A stretch of 63,483 bases of DNA from Phoronis australis. Lineage: Eukaryota > Animalia > Phoronida. The stretch lies in contig NMRA01000505.1 in the NCBI GenBank assembly GCA_002633005.1, forward strand, positions 93,615-157,097, written 5' to 3'. The notes under the pieces were generated by a model, which made no database searches, was not told the DNA's origin, and worked only from the letters and a program-made list of their open reading frames with translations. This document shows, piece after piece, positions 12,001 to 25,800 of this stretch (within the stretch, counting starts at the first letter, position 1; each line of letters opens with the position of its first letter). The position numbers and the translations under genes are program-made.

Positions 12001-12722
12001 GTCTTGACATCTTTTTTTGGTCTTGTAGACTGAAATTAATGTTTGGGACAGCCTTCCTGCACAAGAAAATGTTATGGTTTTTGGTATTAATTTTTGGTCC
12101 TGCAAAGTAAAAATAATGTTTTAAAATCTTGCATCGAAAAAACGTGTCATGGATTTGTTTGTGGTTTGGCTTACCATACAACGGGAGTTGAAAGTATCTG
12201 CTCAAATCATATGCTGTCCTAGGAGAGTTGGGAAGATATCCAGTTTACGTACTATTGCTCATCATGTTCCTCTCGATTATTTTTTGCGAATACTGAAAGA
12301 CTATGTAAAAAACTCACACGACATCTGAAAATAAAGAGGCATTGTAGATTTTGCGGCCGAAACACGCATTTTTGTGATTAATGTTGGACAGGCTAGACTT
12401 CTTGAAATTATTAGCTTTGACCTGCTATGGGCGTTGTAAAACATTTCCTAACATCAGGGTGAGTGACTACCAGTTAAACACGCGTAATATACCGGTACTT
12501 AATGCCATTTATTGAGTGTGGTATAGCTCCACCAGTAGAACGTTAGACTGGTACCTCCGGCAGGGGTCGCAATTCCGCGCTGGCTGAGTCTGATCTAAGA
12601 AAATCACTCTCCCGCCGACAATGTCCCTCTCAGTGTTCATGGGCAGATTGCTGGCATACATTAGATAGCGTCTTACGTCATTCAGTAGTTACTGCAGTAA
12701 ATATATCAAAAAGTGTTGGCAA

Positions 12723-12930
12723 TTAATGCAGCCAGCAACAACGTTATCTTAATGCAGCCACCAACAACGTTATCTTAATGCAGCCACCAACAACGTTATC
12801 TTAATGCAGCCACCAACAACGTTATCTTAATGCAGCCACCAACAGTTGTCTTAATGCAGCCACCAACAACGTTATCTTAATGCAGTCACCAACAACGTTA
12901 TCTTAATGCAGACACCAACAACGTTATCTT
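12723..12930 (+). repeat. 26-bp minisatellite (TTAATGCAGCCACCAACAACGTTATC) x~8
   Basis: Read directly. Confidence 0.95.
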
Positions 12931-13754
12931 TTAAATTTTGCGTTTGAAAAGTACTGTTGAAGTGTAAGTAGAAGAGATCTTCGGAAAATTGGTTGTTATA
13001 TAAATACACCCTTGAAGACACAAACCAGAGGTGCATGCTTATGAGACACAACACATTCCCGATTCTTTTATTATTTATATGTGGAATTCGTGCCGCGCTC
13101 GTCTTCATATGCTTTTTTGTTTTTGTAGTAATCCCAAGCGAACAGACGGGAGGCTAACTACGCTATGACTTTGGGCGAGGATATAAGAAAATTCCGTGAC
13201 AACTTGCCTGATGTCAGTAACTCAATTATTTCAAGATCAATTGTTTAGATTGGTATTCCGCATTGATCGCTAGACTCGTTAAACTGAGTCTAAACACGCG
13301 CGTAGATGTCTTACACTGACGTTACCAATGCCAGTCTCTCTTAATTTCATTTAGCAAACGAAGATTCGAAAGTCACTGAGCAATTAGTTTCAGCGTAAAC
13401 GTCTTATAAAAATGTCTTCAAGAGGCTAATCGCGAGGTCATTAAGACTAAATCTCCTTGCTTGTCACAACCAACTAACACAAGAAGGCAAGACGAACTCC
13501 CCCTTTATATGTAACAATATTTGTTCCCAGGCTCATGCGTACTATGATTTATTTTTCTGGATGAATTAGAGCAAGAGATTTCCCGTGTAAAACTGAAATA
13601 CAATTTTGAAATACCCGGATAAAGAGCCGTGAGTGAGGATTAAAAGCAAGTATCGTCAGGGCAGGTCATCGATGCGTGTTAACTTTTCAAATATCTATCT
13701 TGGAACTCACTGAAGGAAGACTTATGTTACAGTGGAAACGCCTTTGAAGATACA

Positions 13755-13811
13755 ATGGGAATCGAGTTCAACATTCTTATTGACGTGTTGTGTATTGCAG
13801 TGTTTGTTTGA
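13755..13811 (+). promoter_or_regulatory. Candidate 18-codon upstream ORF, a tandem duplicate of the CARP signal-peptide exon
   Basis: ATG 13755 to TGA 13809-13811 encodes MGIEFNILIDVLCIAVFV*, versus the main ORF MGIQFNFLIHVWCVAVFVSR from 13819; 64-bp period. Whether it is transcribed is unknown. Confidence 0.55.
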
Positions 13812-13818
13812 AGAGACC

Positions 13819-16800
13819 ATGGGAATCCAGTTCAACTTTCTTATTCACGTGTGGTGTGTTGCAGTGTTTGTTTCCCGGGGTGAGTACTAAAGTAAAAACC
13901 CATGTTGTCTACTTACCAATATAACTTAGTGAGATGAGTACAGTGCAGTATCTACATCAAGCAGGATTTGGAATTTTTCTCTTTAAGAGGATTTCTTCTT
14001 GTTTGGTTTCGATTTCCACTTACTTGATTTCCAGACGCGTTTCCTATTTTTATTCTCTTTTATCATTTTTTGACTATATTCGTGCAAAAACGCTTATTTC
14101 AGTTAAACTTTACAACACGAAAAATATTTCTTTCACACGAGGCTATTTATGGAACCATACATCACCTGGAACCTTTTTCTCTTTTTTTCATCGGTCATTC
14201 CAAGCCCTGATGTAGAAGTAATGCACTCGGTTCAATCCGGCCTTGTCCGATACACGTGTGGATGTGTGGATTTTCTGTGTTCTATTCTAAATGCCAGTCC
14301 ATACAGTGTAGAGAAAAAAGTCAGCCTAGCTTCTGCCCAGCGTACGTTGCAAAGTCAGCGAGAGGTACTCAGAGTCTAAATTTGATGGATCAGTGCGGTT
14401 AGTTAGTTAGGAAAAAGTTCAGCTATTGTCCCGGGATAAGAGCACCCTGAGGTCCACTTTACCAGAGGTGTAACTCGGCAAATCGAGAGACTCCATTGTG
14501 GGCTCTGTTGATTACCACCCGTTCTCAGTATTTATCCGTCAGGAATTTTTCGTTTTTGAAGTGAACTTCTTTTCACCGAGACATCAAAAAACGACCCCAA
14601 AAAGCTCCCTCTTTGAGCTTTTTGTTCAGTTTCATGAATCTTCTTTCCCGTGAAGTCTTATTCAAAATCCGTTGTCTTGTTATAACCTTCTCTAATCGTG
14701 CAGTTTCCAACTCCTTAAATCGTTTTGCAGGCAACTGATTTGGAAAAGACTCCTCGTAGGGAATTGTCTCTGAAAAGGCACGTTTTCTGAGTGTCACGCA
14801 CCGTATACCGACCACCATGGTACAAATGTAGTAATGTGACTTATTTTGCAGTGTCGTCTGAAGACAGGTGGGAGAAATGGTGGACGTACAGTGACTATCT
14901 TTCTGGTAGGACTCTTGTTTTACTTTAATGAAACTAAGCCAGCATGTGCGCTCTCGTCATGTGAATGAATGAACCAACGATTCTTACAACTTTGTGCCTC
15001 CATTATTTATTTATATATCTTTCATGACACAAAACATTCTCGTTATTACTATCATTGCCTTGAGGGTTCCAGTAAATCCTGTCATTTCTACCCGATATGG
15101 CCCACACACAAAATGGCATTCAGTAATTGAATATTTAAGTGGCTACGTTTTGTTACAATTGATCAATCTAGAGTGCTTTTGACGGACGATTTAGTCACTA
15201 CGTCGTGATCGTCTATAATCAGCACAATGTAAGACTCATCTGGCGTCGCAGTTGCATGCGAATATGCAAAAATTAATCAACTTTTGCCCCACGCTTGGGA
15301 GTTTTTTTATTTCGGCGAGACAAATTTGCCTTGCCTGCTCCGCAGTCGAACTCTGTGTAAAGTTGTGGACTTGGTGAAAACTTTTCAGGTTCCAAGGAGG
15401 TTTGAAGTTGCCACACTTTAATGATAAACTTGCGTTCCGGAAGCTCAATGTTCTTAAGCTCAGACTCATTATTTAAACTAAATCGGTGGAATAGCTGTTG
15501 CAGTTAGCATGGTTGCAGATTGTGAAGTTCGCAAAAAGTATGACCCACATCTTATCAATGCAATTTGCGTGAGAGTTTTCAGACAAGACCGTTATCTAAA
15601 GGAACTCTGAGAACGGCTTGTGGCTTACAAAATGTCTACTCTGACCACTTTGGGGGTTTTGTTGTTTTTTATTTCACAAACCATTGTTACTTTGTGAAAG
15701 TTAAAAGTCCCCGTGTTTAAATTTCCACATTTCCATGATATGACTTTTAAATTTTACTAATTCTGCAAATTCGGCATAGAATATGACATGAAAACCAATG
15801 ACATTATATGTGCATAAGGTGTGATACTGCAAATAACCTTTCCATTGGTCATAAAAATAGGCACGTTGTTATATTTTTACAACGAAATTCAAATTTAGGG
15901 CGTTATTTTTGAATTTATGAGTGTCACCGGTTACTGAAATCTGGAACTACCATTGGAAATATTCTAATATTGGTACTGATGTTGTCAACAAAAATAAATT
16001 ACGAAACTTGTAATATCGCCAGTTACGTCGATAGTTCATTTACAAATGTTTCTCTAATACTCAGTTATGCAAGATGGGGATCAAGATTCCTGATCTCTCA
16101 TACTTTAGTTCTTTTCTGAGAACATTTTAACAATTTGCATTACATCAAAACAACAGTTGTTACTCGGTAAATTGTCAGCATTTACCTAAGAGGAAACACA
16201 GCCGTCCTGTTTTATCAAACTAGACTGTAATTGATTCAGATTCTTACTGTAGTTTTAACCATCCAAAAAGAACATCCTCAAAATTTTGAAAACTTGAATT
16301 CACTGCAATTTTGGTTTGATTTCGTTATGGTAGTAGGAAATTTATTTTATGAAAAGAAATTGATTTCAGGGTCAACACGTCTCCGTGTTCCTCCACCGCC
16401 ACGTGGCCCGGTGTCCCGCGATATTCCCCAAGCCTTATAAACCCTTTACCCTTTGATACGATTTCTGTGCAAATTCTTGGTCTGCATTATCCGTATGGGT
16501 AAAAATATCTTCAGTGGGTACCGGGAAATACCGCCATGGACCCGAAAAGGGCAATAAAACACTTCTGAATGAAACAGAAAATTTCCCTCAAAACTGAATT
16601 TTTTTGCTGTGCTAGTTTGTATTTTAGAGAAGGTGTTGAGAGGTTTTAGTAACGTCATGTAAGCAAATCCACACAAGCTTTAGTTCCTTGTAGTTCCTGT
16701 GAAATCTGCTTGTTACTCATGAACTAAATCTAATGCTGTCGTTTACACGTTGACAGGACCCCGTCAGTGGGGCGGTGTTAATCCCGACTGGGACATATGT

Positions 16801-19800
16801 AGTAAGGGCAAGCTTCAGTCTCCCGTTAACTTGGATCCAAAAATTCTGCTATTTGATCCGAACTTAAAACACGTCCACATTGGGTCCACCCTGGTAAGTA
16901 AACTAATATTTCAGTTTGCAAATATTGCAGCCTAACAACACTGTGACGTAGATATGCTTAGATGGTTAGTTAGCCGCAAATGAACATTCTTTACCTTCGC
17001 AAATCATTCATTATTTATGAATAAAGAAAATAAAATTCTCTGCCTAAATTATTGCCTTGAACCTAAATCGCTTAGATAACTCAAATTATGTCATGGTATA
17101 CTGACAGCTAAATCAGGATTTTTGTGCAGCTGTATCCGCAGAACCTCATCCGGCTTCGTTTACTGCAAGTACGATAGCACGGCACAAAGTCTTGATTGCA
17201 AACTGTTCATCATTTATATACTTATATTAAGACGGTGCTAATAAATGAAACTTTATAACACATTACGTAACTATTCATCGTTCATTTGTTCAAAGCTGCA
17301 TTTCATCCTGGTTATCTGGCTAAAAACCAAAATTCCAAGTAATCCCTCAGTTACTCTCACAAAGTCGATCTCGAAGTATTAGTTACCTTGATACGAATTC
17401 TCGTTACCAAAAAGAACGTCGAAACAATCAATGGCTTATTTGAAAACGTTTCAGAGTATATTGGAATTGGCCAATCCTAAAATTGTGCATCAAAATGTAC
17501 CCATTGTCTGGGACTTGAGCTGCCAACGGAAATAAAATCCTACTATGGGGAGGACAATTATGAGTCTGGCTTTATGAGTGTATAACGCGTAATTTAATTT
17601 TCGTTTTAGCCAGTTTAAGTGGACGAGGTGCAAACTGAAGACGATTTTATTTTCGCGATGTTGTTACGACGACTGCTCTCTGAAATAAACACTGAATTAT
17701 AATTTTGGCCAAGGGGGCCATGCCCCCCCCCCTAAAACTCTTCCTGATTCCATTTGGCAATTCGAGGGTGCGAATGTCTGACGGGCAAAATCTTGGCTAA
17801 TACTCTTCTCTGGCTCCCTCTAACTATAAATCCTGGATCCGCCCCTGTTTTGCGTAGTCACTGGCCCACACAGACGTGAGGCCCAGCGCGAATGAGGCCT
17901 TCAGTATGAAATAATTCTGTCAATGGAAGATGCTCAATCAAAAAGCAAAGACTGGGATAAACAACTCGGAGCACAACAGACTGAATGGAGTTTCGACGTA
18001 CACGCTACCGAACAACACCACGTCACACGGTTAACCACTACTCACCGACTCCATTGTTGAGCTACGTAACAGGTCACGTGACAGATTCTCCGTTAAAGAA
18101 TTGAACTGTTTTAACAGTTTAAAAACTTTACTAAAGTAAAATCTATAATATACACTGTCAAAAATTTCAACATCTTATTACGTTAAATTGGCTGCGATGA
18201 TCGTGCATGTAGCAGTTAAAAGCTAACTCCGCCTTCCGTTAAAACTAACTATTATGAGACAGACAACTTGCAATCACTGGTCTCGGTTTATTCGTTACTC
18301 AGATTTAAAGGTGATTTTTGAACTTGAAAGACCAAGACATAACATTCTGTTATGGCTTCAGAACAGGTTCAACAATTAAGTGCTTGTCTCAGCCGGTCAA
18401 TTTTTCGAGTAACCATAGACTTACTGCTTCTAGTCTTCAAGATTCACATTCTATCGCATTGTTGCGCCAACGTTGATTTTAAGTACCTAGACATATTTTG
18501 AAACTGATTTTCGCCACAGCGTTGTGGCGACGTTGTGCCTGCTGTTCAGTGAACAGATCGAAGTCAGATAAATCGCTAAGATGCCTGATCTGTCCTACCC
18601 CAAATCAGACAGTAGATCTGCTCTCCTACCATGAACAGGTTACATTCCATTGGCGAGAATGGGATTAGGTCTGCCTGTCCTGGTAATCACACGATGATTG
18701 GCCACAATATTAGTATTTTGCTCTGGGATGATTTGTAAATTGCTTGTAAGATGGCAGAAGGATCAGAAACTGTTGTTAAAACGTATTTTTAGCGCCTAAT
18801 GTGCCCTCTAATGTGATGTCCTGTTTATCTTCTTATATCAATTTAACATGTGAACGCGGTATTGATGAGCGGTTCCCGCGTGCCTGACAAAACGTGTACC
18901 TAACTCGCTGCAAACCTGCAGAACATTATTTTATTTGAAAGTGTGAAACAGCATTTCTTTTTAATGACATTGTCATTGGCCACAATTAGGTAAACAATTT
19001 TCACATAACGGCGATAACACAAACTTTCATTAATGGTAAAGCACACTGAACGCTTTGCTTTATGTTCAGTGTGGGGACAGGTTTAACATCAAGTGTTCGA
19101 ATAGGACCGGTTAGTTGCATCACACTGCCTAGTGAAGATGTACTAGTCTTGCTCAGTGCTATTGTGTAGGTATGCGAGGCAGTGCTGACCATTTTTATAC
19201 TTTTTTCTTTGTGACAAATGCTCAGCCTTTGTAATTGCCAGTCACGTCAAAACATGACGATCTCATTGGTTTTATCAACACACTGTATAACCTTCTTTTA
19301 AGAACATCGACAGCATCACTGGCGCGTCAGCGTGTTAGAAATGACTCGTCACGTGTCAGAAAAGACCCTCACAACGTGACGCTAGTGGCGTTCCATGACA
19401 TGTGACCTATTGCTGGGCGAGATTGGCAACGAGTAACGAAAACCCTCCACCTGCCAGTGGGGAAGTGAAATTACACATTATAATAAAAACAATCACAACA
19501 CCACGCGTCACATTCAATGCTGTTGTAGGCGCGGATCCTGAAGGCGGTCCATTGTTGTAATGCAAGATTCTTAAGCGCCACCTTCGTGTTGTTTCTCTGA
19601 CCGAACTACCGTTGTAGTCCAAAGGCCGTGTTACTGAAATTGCAGGTGTCTGGAACGCTTGTCAACCGAGGACAATATATAACATACATCGTAGATAGCA
19701 CACCTGCTGTACACTTCAGAGGTGGCCCTCTATCTTACAAGTACCAAGTCACCGACGTCACTTTCCATTTTGGCGAGGAAAACGGCAATGGTTCCGAACA

Positions 19801-22800
19801 CACTATTGATGGTAGACACACTGCTGCTGAGGTAAACATGCTTGTAACCTGTACTGGGGCAGGCCTACATTCGGGTGATAGATCGTATTTTCATGAAGTT
19901 TGGGCATGCTATTTGATTTTCACACATCCATGTAGCGAAATATCTTCATGTGCTCAATTTCCATATTTCCAGAGAGTTCGACCAAAGGTAGAAAAAGTAA
20001 TTATATGAAGAAGCCCATAGCATATCGTCTGTGTTTCAGTTTATGACTAGATGTATTCGTCTCATTTATGCCATCTCCTTCAAATTTTCACGCGATGTTG
20101 ATATTGCGGAATGTTATTATGTACATTCACGCAACACGTACAAAAACTTCGGCGGAGGTTTCACCCTGTCATTTGTACATTGGTCAGAAATTATACTGTA
20201 TAAGAAGTAGCCTGCAACAGCATTGCTGGATTTTCAAATCATATAAAGCTTATAAAATCCCCTAACGGTGCATTTTTATTTGGTCTGTATCACTGTCTTT
20301 GCTCGCTTAATGGTTCGTGACTCACATTGTCAGTGAGTTCTCCTTTTGAATTAACCTCCGTCTGTTGTTTGAATATCGTAGATACAACTACTTGGCTTCA
20401 ACTCTGTACTCTACAAGAATGTCTCTGATGCTCGCAACTCCCCCAGTGGTCTTGCCATGTTGGCCATTTTAGTACAGGTAAGCCGTGTGCAAGTTTTAGT
20501 GAAATGGTCATGATTTCTCGTGACGAAGTTGGTGTGAACTATAAAATCGGTGTGGTTAAATCAATACGCAGAAAGTACATGTAGATACAATACAGGTCGA
20601 ATATGACGCATGAACCTTTTGACTGTCGGACACCGTTATAAATGAGGGAACTGAAAGGACCATTTCATCGTTGAATTCTTAGAAGCGCTTTGGAATTCAA
20701 AAAAAAAAACATAGCGCCACTCACTCAATCCTGAACTGGTGCCAAATGACCCGGAGAACTCAATTCACAAGCAATGCGTACATACACCATTTTCGAATAC
20801 TCAGTTTTAGGGTTGGCCAACCTCACTAAATCCAGAGGCGTATTCTTGAATAGTTGTCGATTTTGATGTTCTCGCTGTGTATATGTAAGAGACCAGTTGG
20901 ATGAGCAGGAGTGACTTGAGTCAAGTGTTGTTATTTTGATTGTTTTATGACTGAAGATCACGTGTCCTACGTCCCAAGAAGTGACGCAGTCGGATCCATT
21001 TTTCAAAAACGCATTTTCTCGATTACTAGGGTTGACTTCTTGAAGTCATTAGCTTTGACAAGGTCTACAAACGATAGCAAAATCCGTTGCGTTTTGTGGT
21101 TTTATTAGAAATCGCTGGCGTTGGTTTTCCGGCAATCATTCGAGCGACTATAAATGAAACCGACGTATGTGACATCCAGGACACCTTACATATTTTTGTG
21201 CTCCCGACGGGCACTCGCTCGTCGTGGGCTGTGAACTTTGCCGCCCGTCACTTTATAACTTGCACCACACGCCGCAATTTGGAGATTCACTTTTTGCATA
21301 AATGACTAGAGCGTCGTCCATGATGACTGACCAATGTCCTAAGACTCTTTTAGACTCAATACACGCTGGACCAACAAACACACCTGGTTCTATATCTCCT
21401 CTTCATTAACTGTTGCCGCACAAAACGGAAATTATCTGTTTAATTTCATTATATCATTCCCGAGGCTAAGCCTGTAGTCACGAAGTTTATAGGAAAAAGA
21501 AGATTACCCGGCGATGGTTGATGAATGTTAAATCCCGAAGGATAACCTGAAATTGACTGAAAGAAATAAAGCTATTTATCTGTTTAGCGTATCAATCGAA
21601 TGCCTGGTAATCTTGTCGAGACTGTCTTATGTCTTGTCAGACTTAATCTCAGTTGACAATTTCTCTCTTCACTACTTGTAAGGCTAACACTCGTTCCTTG
21701 CTTGTCAGCGCAGCTATGAATGAATGAAAAAATCTTTGTTTAGCACACGTGTAATTAAACATTCTTATTTTTGTACCCAACTGCATTATGGTGTTCAATG
21801 TTTTTTGTTTCCTTGACTCAGGTTCGAGAAAAGACGATATCAGGCAATCCCGAGTTAAAACGGTTTGCAAAAGAAATGAAAAACGTCAGGTTCAGAGGTA
21901 AGCATACACGCTACCATTGCTATTCTCAGTAACTGTGGCTCAACTTAAACTGACCGTCTTCCGTACCTTTCTACATAGAGTGCGTATCATTAGTCATTTA
22001 CAAATTTATTCTGAAATGTTAAGACACCTTGTTATTGGAGAGCTTTTTTGGTCAATTTGACATAAAAATTGTTTTGAACATTTTTAGGATATTTATATAA
22101 AATAAAATTGCTAAAAATTGCAATTCAAACCGGAAACATCGGACGCTAGGTACGGAGTTGTATAATGTCAGTCGGTCCCAGAAGCTTGTTACCTCGATTT
22201 TCCCTCCTGATAGCTGTGACGAATGGCCAAAGCATTCAACGACTTTCCACCCCAAGCCCGACACATACAGTATTTCCATTTCACACAGCAATGCATGATA
22301 CAAAAGCAGACATAAAAATCATACAACAGCGATTCTGAACCATGTGACAGTTTTGACATTGTGCCACTTCGTCACCGCGTCACATTTCGTTTAAAATACT
22401 TTTCACAATCAGTACAATTTTGACGAAGCTTGGATTATTGCACCTGTGAACTGAAGGACCTGTATATATAAGTCTAATTGCGTGAGACAACTAGTCGAAA
22501 TTTCCAAAGATTTCATAAACTTTTCAGAAAATTCTATGATTACTCCTATTTTTCTCAATGAACTCCAAAAATCCTTCAAAGTTTTCAGCCAGTCTGTAAG
22601 ATAGGCTGTACTCACATGGAAGTAGACGAATATTAATTTCCAAAACAGCTGTAATGCACTTTGAATGTTCCACAGATCATGGAACGCGAATCACTGACAT
22701 CTCCTTGCAAGATCTGATGCCAAACACCGCCAACTTTATTACCTACGAGGGGTCACTCACTAAGCCTGGGTGCGCTGAAGGAGTCACGTGGATTATCATG

Positions 22801-25800
22801 AATAAACCGGTGTACATTTCGGAAAAGCAGGTAAACAGTTGTCATCTGTGGTAATTTTTATCAGATACTTGTCTGATGTTTACACAAATTAGATCGTTAT
22901 CAGTTTAGCCCAAACAGCGCCCGCAAGAGCGGACCAACAGCGCCCGTATGAGCGGACCAACAGCGCCTGTAAGAAGAGCGGAACAACAGCATCCTATCAC
23001 ATTGCGTACACTTATTACCTCAGTTCCGCGGGTCAACCGGCTAAGACATCTGATTGCAAATCTCAAAGACCACAGTACTAAAAGAATAAGCTAATGATTT
23101 TGTTCTTGTAATTGTTTACCTACCTCTTTTAAACGTTCATGTTACTCACATCGAACTCATTCGCTGGATGACGATTATTCACCTATTTCACGAACGCGGG
23201 GCGCTGCTGTCGTGTTGATCGAAAACGAGGCGCCTTGACAAACATGGCATCGTCCTGCAAGGTGGTGCGGTCAAAAGACTTATCAACGTTACCAAAAATC
23301 AAGTTGTCTGATGTTGAATCGATCTCCAAAAACATACCAATACGCACGGCAACTAGACTTTTACCCTCATCAGACATTCCTCCGTAGTTTTCCCTTTTTT
23401 GGAAAAGTGTGGAAGTCAGGGATTTACCCAGGCTTTTAGTCTTGAAAAATCCTGCTCGCCAGCTGGGCGAGTGCCGGTGTCGCGTGAAATTTCTTCCCCG
23501 TGAAATTTCTTCCCACTCTGACCCTTTTGCGCATGCGCGGTATTGAGGGGAAGTTATTTCACGTCTAAGGCATGAAATTTCTTCCCCCGTGAAATTTCTT
23601 CCCAAATGAAGACGGCAAAGAACAGCTGTAAAATAAGCCTAAAAATATAAATTCACTACGTGTGTGGTAATGTAACGAGTTTAGTCAATTGCCATTGTCA
23701 TGTTAGACATTGGTAAATGAATTATAATTAGATTTACTTCAATTCAGTCGCCGGTCAGTAGGCTTGCGCCCGTATGGCCTATACTTTGCGGGTTGTGATC
23801 ATGCTTTTGTTTGTTTTATTGTACTCTGTAAACTGTATTATGAGCTAATATTACTTATGTTAATAAACCTGTCACCCTCTGTCTCGCTCTCTCTGTCTCT
23901 TTCTCTCTACTTGCGGGGAGGAATCCCGTTAGCTAGGTAGGATCGTGCCCCTCCTGCCGTGGAGTGCATCCGGACCGGGGAGTCCTCTGTTGAAAGGCAA
24001 ATTAAGCTCTTTCAAAAAAGTGACATTCTGTAGACTATATACTTATAATTGATTCATAAGATTAAAATAGTTCTGAATTTCATTTCCTGGTCTGGGCGTC
24101 GCCCGACCTTAGGCCCGTCGCGGTGAAGACGAGTCTTTCGTCGTCACTCCGATCTGCCAGAGTGTTCTTTTTCGCTTGTACTGAATTTCCTTCAAGAATA
24201 TGTTAGAAATACTCGAATGGGTAAAAATACTCGGTTGGGTATATTCCCAGTAAGGCATTATCATTTGTTGTGGTACGTAATAAGTTAAAATAATTGACGC
24301 CCACCTATTTATGACCGATCCCGGAGAAAAACCGTAGGTGTCCTGTGTGAAATAGCGTTCCTACATCATCAAACGCATCTTTCAGAAAAGTCTTACAAAA
24401 ATGTACACTAAAAGAAAACAGAAATTGGAAACCTTGTTTTTTCCAGGAAATTCAGTTCATAAGATTCGGAAAAAGGGAAATTTTCAAAATCGGTTTAGGA
24501 AAGCTCCAGCAAGCGAAATAATTAGCGAGAATCAGGAAACGTATTAAAAACTTTAAGATCATTTTACAAAATCACACGCCGTGGGACAAATGGACCATCA
24601 CAGCTACAATGGGTAAAAATTGTAGTAAAATATTTACACTTTCTTGCTAAGGAAACTGAATTTGCAGATTAAAAATCTTTGAATGCGCCCTGAGCGCGTG
24701 GAGCGCTCCGAAAATGAAGCCGGAGATCAATCCTTGATAAACAAGACTATTTTAGTCTGTTATATTCCATAGTGTTGTATATCAAGGAACTTGCAAATAT
24801 ATATGTAGTATAGGAATTACTTACTTCATGCGGGAANATGTAGGCCCTAGCGCGCGCTTCTTGGCCAAGTTTCGATTCGCGGTTTTTATAATTTTACGTG
24901 TACAAAGCAATCTGGATTCCTGTTGTGGGAGAAAATCTGTACGGGAAAGATACAATATCAATCCCGTTGACCAGTACGCTGCGTCTGTTCGAAGGGCCAG
25001 ACCATATAGTGTGACACTTTCCTCGCACAAGATCAGCAAATCTTTTGCGTTCTTTTTGAAGCACTGCGGAACAGTTTGAAGTGTACAGCCACGGCTAAAT
25101 ACCGACATTTATGATAGGGGCGAGGCTCGTGGTCTACTAGAAATTCCGCGCACAATGATTTTTCAGGACTGTCGGATATTATTGATAAATTGAATACATT
25201 ACTGGAGAATTTTAGAACTTGAGCTTGTTTTTACACAGCGTACACAGTGTAGGAGCCAGACACGACACGATTTCTCTGACTCCCGCAACACAATTTTCCG
25301 TTTCAAATTTCCGACATTTTTCAGATCAACCAGTTCCGACAGGTGCGAGAAGGCGGTAAAGAAATCAAAAACAGTAAAAAAATCGCTGGGAACAAACGGC
25401 ATACCTTTCCGCTGAATCACAGGGTTTTGCGAACGAATATCAATTTTCCCGAATCATCGGTAAGTACTCTTATTGTACGCCTAAGTATTGTTTATAGCTA
25501 CTTTGCGAGTTGGTATGTTCGTAGGTCATATAATCGTCTACAGAATTACATAACGGTCTAGCCTAGATTGTCCATATTGTTTCAGTTTATTACACAAGCT
25601 TACGAGGAACAAAAAGGTTTTAACCTTTGTTAAATTTTAAAAACAATTTTACAGTGAGTTCTTGGTTAGAGAATTAAGAATGACACTATCGGCCCATTCC
25701 GTGCACAGCGCCTTCATGCGGTACAAAACTACCGTAATGTAGTAAAACACACGACAAACAAAATAAAAATTGAGGACTGACCTGGACAACAATGGAGATA

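Noticed and set aside
12515-12590. Possible tRNA-like heads (also ~34635-34690 and ~7290-7340)
   Set aside because: Too degenerate; B box absent or broken.
23183-23605. 140-aa minus-strand ORF in CARP intron 7
   Set aside because: Begins in GTGAAATTTCTTCCC repeat sequence, no recognisable domain; probably transposon debris.
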